Assembly (NCBI RefSeq): GCF_963921235.1
Contig: NC_086102.1
Coordinates: forward strand, 68,138,001 to 68,202,000
Direction of reading: 5' to 3'
Length of the DNA stretch: 64,000 bases
DNA from: Mobula hypostoma
Lineage: Eukaryota
A model generated the notes under the pieces. The model searched no databases. It was not told where the DNA came from and worked only from the letters and a program-made list of their open reading frames with translations. Positions 12,571 through 25,562 of the stretch are shown here, piece by piece. The first letter of the stretch is position 1. The number at the start of each line of letters is the position of its first letter. Made by a program: the position numbers and the translations under genes.

Positions 12571-13608
12571 CTGGGGAAAATGGAGTAAGATAACATACTC
12601 AACACAAAAAGATTAAACTAAAAAGCAATGAATTTCCATTGGATACTCCTACTGTAATTTTGGCAGAAATGCTGCAGGAACCTTCTAAAAATGGATTCAA
12701 GGTGAAACAGAGCAGGACAACTGCTGCAGAGCCACGGAGAGTAAAAGGTAAGCAATTATCATTTCACAGGTGTCTCATTCTGGTAATGCATTGGAAAAGC
12801 TGAGTTGTTCCAGGAATGAAACATGGTGATCAGTCCTCAGACAACATAGTCCAAAGGTAGCATGTACCCTGATGCAAAATTTTCATCACATATGACTCAT
12901 TCCTAAAATGCTGAGCCGAATAGCTGTTACTCTATTTCATTTCCCCCTCCAAAATAAAATCAAATTTAAATTTCATAACTCTGAAAGAAATTATACAACT
13001 GAATCTTTAAGCAACTAATCTTCCAGATTTCTCAAGACTCTTCTATTAAAGTTAAATGAGCAAAAACACTCAAAGAAAATAATCTTTTATCTTCTTTGCA
13101 AAGTAAAGTATCACTATCTGAAATTTTTCAGCAACAGATGTGGACTCACCAGCAAGATACCAAGAGATAATATTTTAAAGGAAAATAACATATGATTTTC
13201 CAAAATCTTACTTATAAGTAAAGAATTAAATTACTTCCAATACAATGTTAAAATGTCAATTCAGAAAGGGGCACATTTTTCTCCATTTTTCTCTATATGG
13301 GTAGTCTATTTCTAATATTGGCTGAAGATTGTGACACCTGTACACAAATAGATACCAATGAAATGCAATCACTTTGATGGTTAAACAAGTTTTTCTTTCC
13401 AAAGAAATAGTTCAGAATTATTCATTTTGATATTTATTATCAAACTATGCATAGAAGAAAATGCACTGTGATCAAAGATTTAAAGAAAGCCTAAGCCTTT
13501 ATACTTCTGCTTATCATTTATCAAAATGAAAGCTTTGGTCTAACTCACATGCGTCCTAGAATAATAATATGTCAATAGATTTTACTTCAGCTATTCAACA
13601 ATTCATAC

Positions 13609-13697
13609 CTGAAATCTCCCTTTACATTCAATGGGTTGATAATACTCAATTGTATGCTTTTCTGCTCATAGCATGGAGATTCACATTTAATAGTGGC
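13609..13697 (-). CDS. CFAP47: CFAP47 exon ATIKCESPCYEQKSIQLSIINPLNVKGDF
   Basis: ttttctag acceptor, AG|gtatga donor, 89 nt, phase 0-2; IKCESPCY motif. Confidence 0.93.
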
Positions 13698-13870
13698 CTA
13701 GAAAATTGTGAAAAACATAATACAAAAGAAAATAATTTACTATAAAACTCTCAAATGCTTACATATTCAAAAACAACTGAACTCAATAAAAGAGCAATTG
13801 ATAAAATGAAAAAGAGTATTCAATAGCAAAAGACAAAAACATAAAAGTTCTGAAAGAATTTTCATTTAAC

Positions 13871-14130
13871 ATGAATAGGAGGAATTTCTTTAGCCAGAGA
13901 GTGGTGGATCTGTGGAGTTCTTTGCCACAGGCAGCTGTGGAGGCCAAGTCTTTATGTATATTTAAGGCAGAGGGTCGATAGATTCTTGATTGGTCAGGGC
14001 ATGAAGGGATACAGGGAGAAGGAAAGAGGTTGGGGCTGAAAGGAAAATTGGATTAGCCATGATGAAATGGCAGAGCAGACTCAATGGGGCAAATAGCCTA
14101 ATTCTGCTCCTGTATCTTATGGTCTTATGA
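13871..14130 (+). mobile_element. CR1 3' tail fragment
   Basis: aggaatttctttagccagagagtggtg...tcttatggtcttatg; similar to 34385-34630 and 35365-35600. Confidence 0.8.
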
Positions 14131-14577
14131 TCAGTTAATACTAGATTAACACTGCAGCTGAATTCTCATTTCAAGGTACATAAATCAGTAAAAGAAGCCA
14201 TTCTAAACTGAGATATTTTCTGTGATTATTTTCTGTTATAATTGTTCTTTCTCTCCAAATTAAAAATAGGGAGAAAATAACAAAAATCACAGAAAACAAC
14301 TCCCATTCTGTGAACACAAGATTAGACATTCCATGAAGGACCAAAGCATGAGTAAAAACCAACTTGGATTGGAAGTATGTTGAAGAAAAATTGAAAGCAC
14401 ACTGATATGGTGTAAATGTTGTAAGCAAATGAATGGCAATGTATGAATGTAGTGTGTTTTATGAATAAAATATACTTTGAAAGAAAAAACTGTACTCACA
14501 ATTAAGATATAAAGAAGACCAAAAACAAAATTTTGAAGAATGCACAGACATCAGATTGCAAATTATTATTGACTTAC

Positions 14578-14728
14578 AGTTGGATTTATCTTGTTTATTT
14601 GTGATATTAGTGAAAATGTTGTTGTTGAGCACACTATTCCTTTCTTTAATCTTGATACAAAAATTAGTAGAGCTCGTTCTGGGTTCAGGAAATGGCTTGT
14701 GAATTCCACATTTATATCAACATAACTC
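14578..14728 (-). CDS. CFAP47: CFAP47 exon SYVDINVEFTSHFLNPERALLIFVSRLKKGIVCSTTTFSLISQINKINPT
   Basis: ttttaaacag acceptor, ACT|gtaagt donor, 151 nt, phase 2-0. Confidence 0.92.
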
Positions 14729-14970
14729 CTGTTTAAAATAAATGTTTATCGTTCAATAAACAGAAACCTATCAAATACCATACTTTAAGTCAACAAAAGT
14801 AAATTTCAGCTTTTGCAATCAGAATTATCTGAAATGCCACTAATGTGGCATTATATTTCCTAGTAATAAGATGTACGAAGATATTATCTCCCCTACGTGT
14901 TAACCTCATAAAGTTTAAATTCCACTTTCAACACTAGCTTGTGTTCACAAATGTATTTGCTATTAGAAAT

Positions 14971-15202
14971 AAAAACAACAGGAATTCTGCAGATGCTGGA
15001 AATTCAAGCAACATACATCAAAGTTGTTGGTGAACGCAGCAGGCCAAGCAGCATCTATAGGAAGAGGCGCAGTCGATGTTTCAGGCCGAGACCCTTCGTC
15101 AGGCCTGACGAAGGGTCTCGGCCTGAAACGTCGACTGCGCCTCTTCCTATAGATGCTGCTTGGCCTGCTGCGTTCACCAGCAACTTTGATGTATGTTGCT
15201 TG
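14971..15202. mobile_element. Short fold-back Penelope derivative (99-bp arms, no spacer)
   Basis: 15005-15103 is the reverse complement of 15104-15202 with 2 mismatches; 14-bp TSD TTGCTATTAGAAAT (14957-14970, 15200-15213); near-identical to the Penelope terminus at 7756-7882. Confidence 0.92.
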
Positions 15203-16178
15203 CTATTAGAAATGTTTAGTTTCACGTTCCAATTCTGCTATTGAAATCATATGCAGTGAATTTCAATACTTTTATTAAAATCAACACATATGATAATGGA
15301 GAAGTTCGGTGAGTCAGGCAACATCTATGGAGGGAAATGGGAAGACAATGCTTCAGCTCAAGATCTTTTCTCTGTACTGGCTAGGGTCAAACTGTGAGAT
15401 CTTGAAATGTAGTGAAAGCCACATAGGACATGATGGCAGTGGAGACAAGTACAAGATGACAACATTGGAAAATAAGTTCTATTGTGTGTTTTGCTCACAG
15501 ATGCCCAATTACTGATCAATCCTAAAAATATATATATACTCATTGACGTTTCCCACTCAGTTTTCACAGTCTTGTAAAATTGCAATTCTATCATGAAAGA
15601 CCTGAAATTAAGATTTTCAGGTCTTTACAGAATCGCAAAACCATGCCATCCTCTGGACTAAATATGGAAGTTCACTCATATTTGCAGAGTTTTGATCCAA
15701 AGCAAATCCATATTAAATTATTATCTCACAACAAAAGCTCAGTATGAGCAATGCTTTTTCAAAGTATTAAGTCTCGAAATTGATCAGTACTTGCAAAAGA
15801 ATGTTTGATAGTTCTTCAGCCTTACAGGAGAAAATAAACTTAGCTTAGCAAAATATACATATCAGGAGTGCAGGCAAGGGAGGCAAAGGGTAATGGAGGA
15901 GTAAAGGTTGGGTGAGGAGCAGGGGCAAAGGGAGTAGATATCCACGGGTTCAGAATGATTTAGGGAATAACTGATTAAGCAGAAGAAATAGTCAAGTATC
16001 TACAGAAGGGTCAGGGTGAAATCAGTCTGTGAGGAGCTAGTGAGCTAGTCAGGAACACAAATAGCATTTAGGGATAGTCATTCAAGGGTTGTGATCAACA
16101 TTTGAAATGAGGATAGTCATGTCTGAATGTAATCATTTAGGGAGTAGATAAGAGTCTGAAGTGGCCATTGATCATCAT

Positions 16179-16380
16179 AGCACACAAGATTCTGGAGGAA
16201 CTCAGCAGATCAGGCAGCATCTCTGGAAATAAATAAACAGTTGATATTTCAGGCTGAGACCTTTCATCAGGGCTCAATTGTTTATTCATTTCTATAGATG
16301 CTGCGAGACCTGTTGAGTTCCTCCAGCATTTTGTGCGTGTGGCTCTGGATTTCCAGCATCTGAAGAATTGCTTGTGTTTA
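16179..16380. mobile_element. Older Penelope-terminus fold-back element
   Basis: ctggaggaactcagcag...gcagcatct with inverted agatgctgc...ctgttgagttcctccag; decayed hammerhead about 16238-16272. Confidence 0.75.
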
Positions 16381-16872
16381 CATAAGATGCCAATTATCCC
16401 ATTGAATACATGCCTGATTTTTGTGAAACAGTTTGGCTAGTTCTATTGCTCTCATTTTTCCAAGAGGTCAGGTAAATTATTTTCCTTCAAATGCCTACAT
16501 AATTTAACCTGATATATGCTATTTATACCACATTTACAAGTAATGAGTTTCAGATTATAACTACTCTTTGTGTAAGAAATGATTTTCCTCACATACTCCC
16601 TGGTTCTTTTCCCTTTCACACTTTAGCTCTGTTCCCTGGTCCAAAAACAATTCACTTATGCAACAGATTTTATTTATCCTATCAAAACTCATGCTGATGG
16701 CATATACTTCCATCAAATATCCTCTTAACATTACTTTGCTCCAAGAAAAATACTCACTGCTTATGCATATTAATATACTATATATTAAAAAGAAACACGG
16801 TGGTTCTTGTACTGATGTTAGTGGAAAAGTGTTGACCTAAGGAAAAAGACTTAGGAGCAGGGATTGCACAGT

Positions 16873-17342
16873 TGTGATTCACTGAGGGAGAACTAAATAC
16901 TACTTCTAAAGGGGATTTAGTTGAATGGGGTTCTCAGCACCTCACATTCACCCCTCACCCACCCCCTGTGCAATTAACATTGGGCACTCAAACATGGGTA
17001 CACAGTGTCAGTTGTGTCAGACCTGCATAGGCAGGCACCTCTCAGTCTCCACCCAGCTAACAGGAGTCACCTGCCACTTGCTTCCAAGTCATCACCTGCA
17101 CACTATTAAAACTCAGCACTCATCCACAGCCCTTTGTTCACCCATCAAACCAGCCAGCTTCATCCAGTTCCTCTAGTCATCTGTTACCTTGTTGCTTTGT
17201 TGTGCTAAGTATCTGTTCTCTCGTTTTTTGGCCCCTCTTGGCTTGTTATTTTGCAATTTATTAATAAAATATCATTTACTGCTACAGTAAATCATCTCTG
17301 CTGCTCTGCTTTTAAGTTAAGCCTCCTCTATACTTCCTGATA
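16873..17342 (+). repeat. Possible old solo LTR
   Basis: TGTGA start, TATA-like tattaaaa, AATAAA near 3' end, LTR-like ending; no clear TSD. Confidence 0.35.
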
Positions 17343-18632
17343 ATTGACCTGGAGAGCTCCACTGTACAATCCTTTTCCAAACTGAAGAGACCACGAGCCT
17401 CCAGACCTTAGATGCTGGAGCATCAGATCGTCCTTCTATGACAGCTTGCGAAAACTACACACAAGTTTTACTCTTATTAAATATCTCTCATTTGGAGACA
17501 TTGAAAGGGTTTAAACATAATTTAATTAAAAATTAATTATTGGGAACAAAGACAAGATACATCTAGTTAAAGTGCATCAACATACAGTAAATTATTATAA
17601 CATGAAAATAAATGAAATAATGAAATAAAGAAAAATAAACAACCACCATAGTCAAAACTTACAATCCATTTCAAATGAATAGGGTTATCACTTGTACATC
17701 TGCCATAGCACTTATAAAGTTGAGAAGACATACCCTAAATGAATCTAGTCCCTTCACGCAGTATGATCTAGGGTTATCAGTGGGCTCAATGATTATTCCA
17801 GTGACATTGTGGGAAATCAGGTGCACTTGCTTCTTACTTGCAGTACATGGAAGTGCAGAAGGCAAAACTTCCATTGACACTGTAGCATTACTGGCTCAGT
17901 AATTACGATTTTGTGTATCATTTGAAATTCACATATAATTAAATCACAAAATGTATCATTTTCACAGTATTTTGTGAAGAAACTATCTCGCAAACGTCTC
18001 AAAATCTGATCCATTTGCTAGCTGTCTATAAGTATAACAGAAAAGGATGTGCACCTGGTTTCTACAAACAACATCTTCAAATTAATCTCAAAATTGTTGT
18101 CAGTTTCATGCAGTAATAATGCTAAAAACTTTCATTTAAAAACTGCTAAAAACTATGGATATTTCAAAAAGGGTTTCCTGTTGAATGATCCCAACTCCCA
18201 ACACAAAGAAACAAGGTGTTTGGAAATTTTGGTCATATTATACCATTTTGTTAGCATAATGGAAAAGAAAGTGTTTGATCTGTCAGCCTCCCTGAAGTAA
18301 TCCCTCCTTGTTATCTGTTATCTGGACTAGAGGCAGAATATCTAATCCTTTAATCCAGTAGCATGGGTTATGAACCATGTGAATCCTCTTGCAGAGGTAA
18401 AACCATAAATTATATGTGAATATCTTTGATATCTAGCAAGGATCCACTTGGGTTTGTAAAACAATAAAATGTTTAGCTGAAATTTTGTACCATAGATTGT
18501 TAGGGAAAAAATTACTCTATCAGAAAAAATGTATTGGAGGCAGAACTCAAAGACGGCAGATATTAAACAAAAAATGTTGTCTTCATAAGTACAAAATAAA
18601 TCAAAGAGGGCACATATCAATCCATAATTTAC

Positions 18633-18745
18633 CTTGATGAAATTGACACTTTGTTTCCATTGGGCAATGAGAAACTTCCTGCATCTTTTCCTACTATTAT
18701 TGCAAAATAAACCACGCGTTTGTCGATTGGATTTTGCAATCGAAT
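18633..18745 (-). CDS. CFAP47: CFAP47 exon IRLQNPIDKRVVYFAIIVGKDAGSFSLPNGNKVSISS
   Basis: tttaatgcag acceptor, AG|gtaaat donor, 113 nt, phase 0-2; Ig-like/ASH-type segment. Confidence 0.92.
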
Positions 18746-19164
18746 CTGCATTAAAAAATAATAATTAGTTTTATCTTTGACAGAGTTTATTATACAGTGT
18801 TCAGGGATTATTAAGCTAAATACCTGATTCTACGTATTTCCATAAACCTTTCAATAAAGCATCTCTCATGAACCCTCCTGTTGGTCTTTGATGTTCCCTT
18901 TGTTAAAGGACTCACACTGAGTCTACAGAGAATGGCATTATATTATATTATAAATTTGTGTTTTTAAAAAAGACCAAATACTCAAAAACTACCAGAATAT
19001 CTGTAAAAGTAATACCCATAACTAATTCTGAGCATTACTCCTAGAATCAATCACCAACAAATTACCAATTACCAAATTGGTAACTCAGATTGGTAATTGG
19101 TAAATCAACAAATCACCAAGTATTTGGTGATGACATAAATTGAAGTAGTCTTCAGCCAATAGGA

Positions 19165-19616
19165 TGACACCAAGATTGGAGACATAATGGAAAGTAAGGA
19201 AGGCTATCAAAGCTTGCAGTGGGATCTGGATCAGCTGGTAAAATCAGTAGGCACTGAAGAGTGCAGTAAAACAGAGGAATCTGGGAATACAGATCCATAA
19301 CTGCTTGACTGTAGCATAACAGATAGATAGGGTTGTTTCTGATGCATTAGTCTTCATAAATCAAGGCATTGAGTACATGTGTTGGGATGTTATGTTGATG
19401 TGGTAAGACCTAATTTGGAGTATTGTGTGCAGTTCTGATCACCTTCCTACAGGAAATATATCAACAAGATTGACAGAGTGTAGAGAAAATTTACAAGGAT
19501 GTTGCCAGTACTTGACCTGAGTTATAGGGAAGGGGTGAATAAGTTCGGACTTTATTCCCTGGTGCATAGGAGAATGAGTGAAGATTTGATTGAGGTGAAC
19601 AAAATTATGAAGGGTA
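19165..19616 (+). mobile_element. Old CR1 fragment, 5' part, host of the Gypsy insertion
   Basis: gatgacaccaagattgg (DDTKIG), ttggagtattgtgtgcagttctg; resumes at 25563. Confidence 0.8.
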
Positions 19617-22600
19617 TGTTATTAAAATAAGCACCAAACTGCACCAGTTTCTGGGGTTTAGATGCTCTAAATCTCTGGAATATGGCTAGCTGGTGTGGCC
19701 TCTTTAAGGATTCAGGATTGTCCTATTAATTGGCAGCCATGGTTTGGCACCAGGACTTCAGTGTTTAAGGAGCATCTGAATGGAGACTTGGTGCTAATTG
19801 TAAGCTCTACTTGGATTATTGTCTAACATCTAGTTTAATATTCTGTTCTCGTTTCAGTCTCGCATATCTTGATTCCAGCCTGGGATACTCCAGCACTTGG
19901 GTCCAACCATCCTCACCTAGGTCTCCTGTCATAGTATGATTGAGTCAAAAGTGAACCCAGCAGGGTATTGGAGTCTCTCACCTGCTGTGGCCAGCCAGAG
20001 AGAAAGAATTTCTAGACAGAGCCTGGAGATACATGACCTCCAGGTTGTCGTGTGGCAACTTTCACAAGGGGGAAGTCAGAGTGCTCAAGTGAGGCTGTTG
20101 GTCACTCTGCGGAGCCTAGAGAGATTAGATGGTGACCCGGGTTCTACCCGTGGCTTCTTCAGTCAGAGCTCATTAGTGTTCGAACTCCAGCCATCCCGGT
20201 TCCCTTTGGAGAACGAAAAGGTAGCTTTCATTATCTCCCTCCCGAACGGGAGAGCCCTGGCCTGGGCCACAGCGCATTGAGAACAAATGTCGGAGATTTG
20301 CTCAGATTTGGAGGAATTCATGGCCACCATGACATGAAGAAGGTGTTCCATTATCCTGCCAGAGCCAGCCAAGACTTGCCTGACGAAGGTGTCAGGGTAG
20401 ATGGTTATCGGCCAACTATGCTATCGACTTTTAAACTTTGGCCCAAAAGAGTGGCTGAAGCAGGGAAGTCTTGGCAACTCTACTGTCACGGACTCCGAGA
20501 CAAACTAAAGGATGCCCTCACCCTTGGAGAGCCTGCAGAGGACCTGGAGGTTCTGATCGACCAGTCCACCTGCCTCAATAATTGTCTGGCTGGGCGAAAG
20601 TGGGGACTACTTCCAGAGGTCCATAGGGAGAACCCTGGGGACTATAGACCGGTGAGTCTTACGTCGGTGGTCTGCAAACTATTGGAAAGGATTCTTAAGA
20701 ATAGGATCTACGAGCACTTGGAGAAGTACAGTCTTCTCAAGGATAGTCAACATGGCTTTGTGAAGGGAAGGTGGTGCCTCACGAGTCTAATTGAGTTTTC
20801 TGAAGAGGTAACAAAAGAAATTGATGAGGGTAGGGTGGTAGATGTGGTCTACATGGATTTTAGCAAGGCATTTGACAAGGTCCCCCACAAGAGACTCATC
20901 CAGAAAGTCATGAGGCATGGGAGCAGTGGAACCTTGGCTGTTTGGATAAAAAATTGACTTAAAGGAAGAAAGGAGAGGGTAATAGTGGAAGGAAAGTATT
21001 CTGCCTGGAGGTCAGTGACTAGTGGAGTACTGCAAGGATCTGTCCTGAGACCTCTGCTCTGTGATTTTTATAAATGACCTGGATGAAGAGGCGGAAGGAT
21101 GGGTGAGTAAGTTTGCGGACGACACGAAGATTGGAGGAGTTGTAGATGGAGCTGTAGGTTATCAAAGGTTACAAGAGGATATAGACAGGATGCAGAGTTG
21201 GGCAGAAAAGTGGCAGATGGCGTTCAATCCAGATAAGTGTGAGGTGATGCATTTTGGAAGGACAAACCAGAAGGCTGAGTACAGGGTTAATGGTCGGTTA
21301 CTTAAGAGTATTGTGTTCACTTCTGGTCACCTCATTATAGGAAGGATGTGGAAGCTATGGAGAGGGTGCAGGGGAGATTTAACAGGATGTTGCCTGTATT
21401 GAAAAACAAGTCTTATGAGGCAAGGTTAGCATATCTGGGACTTTTCTCTTTGGAGCATAGAAGGATGAGAGGGGACTTGATAGAGGTCTACAAGATTATG
21501 AGAGGCATAGATAGGGTGGATAGCCAGTACCTGTTTCCCAGGGCACAAATAGCAAACACCAGAGGGCATATGTACAAAGTTAAGGGAGGGAAGTTTAGGA
21601 GAGACATCAGGAGTAAGTTTTTTCTTACACAGAGGGTTTTAGGCACCTGGAATGACTTGCCAGGGATGGTGGTGGAGGCTAAAACATTAGGGGTATTTAA
21701 GAGCCTCTTGGATAGGCACATGGATGAAAGAAAAATAGAGGGTACTGTGGGTTTAATACCTTTTTTTTAAAGGAATATAAGGGTCGGCACAACATCGAGG
21801 GCTGAAGGGCCTGTACTGTGCCGTAGTATTCTAGTGTCTAGGTCAGAGATAGCTAGCCTGAGCCTGGTCTCAATGCATTGCAGTTCCATTCCCTGATCTC
21901 AAACAATGTCCAGCCCATCTCCTGCTCAGTACCTGATGAGTCGATGCAAATTGGCTGCCCAAGACTCTCCATCATTGAGGTCCCAGCGTCAGAGTTGAGG
22001 TGGCTGCTTTTACTGTGGGGAACAGGTCATCTGCGGGCCAAATGTCTGAAGCTGCAGCTTTAGGGAGAACTGCTAAGACCATCCAGTATTGGGAGGACTG
22101 TGACAGTAGCAGCCACTACTCCCAACTCCATGGATTCTGGTATCTGAGATCTCTTGGGGTAGGTACCAAAGAGAGGTGAATGGTTTTGTGGGCCCTAAGG
22201 CAGTTGGTAATTTCCTGGACTTGGGGATCACCTGTTGGCTCAACATAGTACCGCTGAAGTTGAGCCAGTCAATGCTCACAACTATTCTGGATAGTCACCT
22301 GCTAAGTTTCAAGCAGATCCAGCAGCAGGTAATAGTTTTGTGGATGAGGATTGAGGATCATGTGGAGGACATTAGTTTCTAAGTCATCGATTTGTCTCTC
22401 ATACCTCTGATCCTCAGCACCTTTGGCTGTCCCAGCATAACCCTTCTATGAACTGGAAGGAAGGGAGAATCATTGCTTGGTCCAGTCATTGCAAGAGGTT
22501 ATGTTTGCAGTGTGGTGTTCCAACCCTCAGACTCCCCCAAGACCAATGACCAATGAGGGGGCAGACTTCAGTCTGGGGTAGTCTGAAGCATTCTGGAGAC

Positions 22601-25562
22601 CCAGTCTGGCCCTCAGACAGACAAGCTGTCTCCAGCCAAAAGGACCATGCGAATCCCGATGCTGTCTAATCCAACGCATGCTGGAAATAGACAGGGTGGT
22701 TTCTAGATTGGGAGCAAACCAAGGAGCCTAGAACTCTAGCAGCTAAGCCTAAGGGATCCAGCTCCCAGGTGCTGACTAAAGGAAGGACTCCTAAATGCAG
22801 ACCCTTGGAGCTTAGCTCTGGAGGCGCAAGGGCCATTTGTAATGCCTGTTACTGTCGTGTGAGGATATGGACAAAGATTTGGACTTTGATTTGGCCACTG
22901 TTTCAATGAAGGAGTCTAGTGAACCTATGGAAGATATTGAGTTCTGTCAAATCACCCCTGTCACTTAAAGAGCCTCGGGAGTCATCCTCAAAGAAAAGAT
23001 CAAAGTTAATTGCAACACCCAAATCAGTCGATATCCTTTCTATCTGCAAGGATTTGGAAGAGGCCTTCAGCAAGGAAAAGGCCTCGACTCTTCCACCACA
23101 CTGACCAGACAACTGTGCTATAGATTTACTGCCTGGTATTGTACACGCTCACTGACACGGAGAGAAGTGCTATGTACATGAAAGAGGCACTTGCCATGGG
23201 ATTCATTCAGCCCTCCTCCTCATCAACTGGTGTGGGTTTCTTCTTCATACAGAAAAAGGATGGGAGCCTGCAGCCATGCAGTGATTAGAGGGTTGAATTG
23301 CTTAACAGCCAGGAATCGTTATCCCCTTCCACTCATGAACACAGCCTTCAAGATTCTCCAAGGGGTAAGAGTACTCATGAAGCTAGACCTGGGGGAGTGT
23401 GTACAATCTGGTTTACAAAAAAGAGGGCAACAAATGGAAAACTGCGTTCAACACACCGATGAGGCACTATGAGTACCTGGTCATGCCGCTCAACCTCACA
23501 AACGTTCCAGTTTTCCAGACCTTTATAAACTGTGCTCCAGGATGTTTTCCATAAGTACGCTTTCGTCTTGGATGATATCCTAATCTTCTCAAAGTCCCTG
23601 AAGCAACATGTTGCTCATCTCAGGGATATTTTATAGAGGCTTCTAGACGGTGAATTTATGTCAAGCTGGAGAAGTTTAAATTTCATGTGACCACCATTTC
23701 ATCTTTGGGTTTTATCATCTCTAATGGAAGTCTCAAGGTGGACCCTACTAAAACCCAAGCAGTCAGAGATTGGACTTGTTTCACATTGGATGGTTATAGC
23801 CAACAATTTCTGGGACTTGCCAACTTCTACCAGAAGTTCATCAGCTACTTCAGCTCAAGGGCAGCTCCACTGACAGCCCTAAGTAAGAAATCCATGGGTC
23901 CTTTTGTTTGGACTACCAAAGTGGAGGCTGCATTTGCAGAGGTCAAACAGCTCCCATTTTGGTTTCACCTAACCCAGATCCTTTCCTTCATCATGGAGGT
24001 GCATGCAGTATTGTATCAAAGGACACCTTCAGACAGTAAACTGCACCCATGTGCATTCTTCTCCAGGCAGCTATCACCGGCAGAGATGAACTATGACATT
24101 GGGAATAGAGAGCTGCTTGTGGTCAAGTTGGCTTTGGAGGAATGGTGTTACTGGCTTGAGGGAGCTAAGAACCCTTTTATCATTTGAACAGACTACAAGA
24201 ACCTGGTTTGTATTCAGGAGGCCAAGAGAATGCATTTTAGGCAGGCCAGGTGGTTTCTCTTCTTTAACCCCTTTAATTTTGTCCTGACCTATCGATCGGT
24301 GACGAAAATTCAGAAACAGATGCCTTGTCCTGTCAGTTCAATAAACCCAAATGAGAGGAGAGCCAACCACCATTTTGTTCGTATTCATGTCATGTTTTTG
24401 GAGGGTGTTCAGTATGCTGACTGGGGCAAGTCTTTCCTGTGTTTCACTCGTGGTCCAATGGCCAGATGGAGTGGGCCAACCAAAAATTGGAATGAACACT
24501 AAGATGCCAGGCCTCAGAAAGACCAGATATGTGGTGTGACCATTTGATGTGGGGCGGAGGTCACCCAGAACACTTCACTGCATTTGGCACATGGGATGTC
24601 GCTGTTTAAATGCCAACTTGGATATTCTCTGCCAATCTTCCCTGAGCAGGAGGTTGAGTTTGGGGTTCCTGCAACTGAAGATCTCGTTCAACGCTGCAAG
24701 GAGGAATGGACTACAGCAAAGCAGAATTTTGTTAACCTCTACCCACAAAACTGAAGTAAAGGCTAACCACAAGAGAAGACTGGGACCAGCTTTGCATCTT
24801 GGGGAAACAAGTTTGGCTATTTACACAGAATTTGCCACTCTGAGTGGAGTCTAACAAATTGGCACCCAAGTTCATTGGACCCTGCAAAGTTCTCAAAAAA
24901 GTAAACCTTATGGCTTACACCTTGCAGCTCCCCAAGACTCTCAAAATCAATCCCACTTTCCACATTTGCAAATTAAAACCTGTGAACACCAGCCATTTAG
25001 CCCTACCACCATCAGTCCCACCACCACCTAGGTTTGTCAATGGTGAACAAGTCTTCACCATGAGAAGAATTTTAGAATCACAAATTGTTCGGGATGTTCA
25101 GCAGTTCTTCGTGGACTGGGAAGGATTCAGACCCAAGGAATGGTGCTAGGTTCCTGGAAGGGACAACTTGGATCCAGCTCTCATCCATGACTACCTTCAC
25201 CGTCTCTCCAAGCAACCAGGGCCATCAGAAGAGGAGGAGGGGTTTGTTATGATAATACACCCAACCACACCAGCTTTTGGGGTTTAGACGCTCTAAATCT
25301 CTGGAATATGAAGAGCTGGCGCAGTCCCTTTAAGATTTCAGAACCATCCTGCTAATTTGCAGCTATGTTTTGGCACCAGGCTTTCAATATTTAAGGAGCA
25401 CCTGAACTGAGGTTCAGTACTCAATTGTCAGCTCTACTTGGATTATCATCTAGTTTAGTATTCTGTTCTTGTTTTTGCTTCAGTTTCATATCATGTCTCC
25501 ATTCCAGCCTCGGATACTCCAGCACTTGGGTCCAACCATCCTTGCCTAAGTCTCCCATCACA
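19617..25562 (+). mobile_element. Full-length but decayed chromovirus (Sushi-like Gypsy) LTR retrotransposon
   Basis: Two diverged LTRs of about 317 bp (19617-19933, 25245-25562); gag (VAFIISLPNGRALAWATA), RT (NRYPLP), RNase H (NYDIGNRELLVVKLALEEW), GPY/F (KLAPKFIGPCKV), chromodomain (FFVDWEGF), PPT about 25228-25242. Confidence 0.92.
20622..21839 (+). mobile_element. 5'-truncated CR1 inserted inside the chromovirus
   Basis: ENPGDYRPVSLTS, YMDFSKAFDKV, SKFADDTKIG; tail ttctagtgtct; 5-bp flanking repeat AGGTC; internal deletion near 21309. Confidence 0.9.

Noticed and set aside
17660-17880. Exon-like ORF with a GTAAGT donor between two CFAP47 exons
   Set aside because: Its phase is incompatible with the flanking phase-2 junction, and those exons already join into a continuous CFAP47 sequence
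19936-20620. Domesticated RTL/PEG10-like gag gene
   Set aside because: Contains stops and frameshifts and a CR1 insertion, and lies between two LTRs: a decayed transposon
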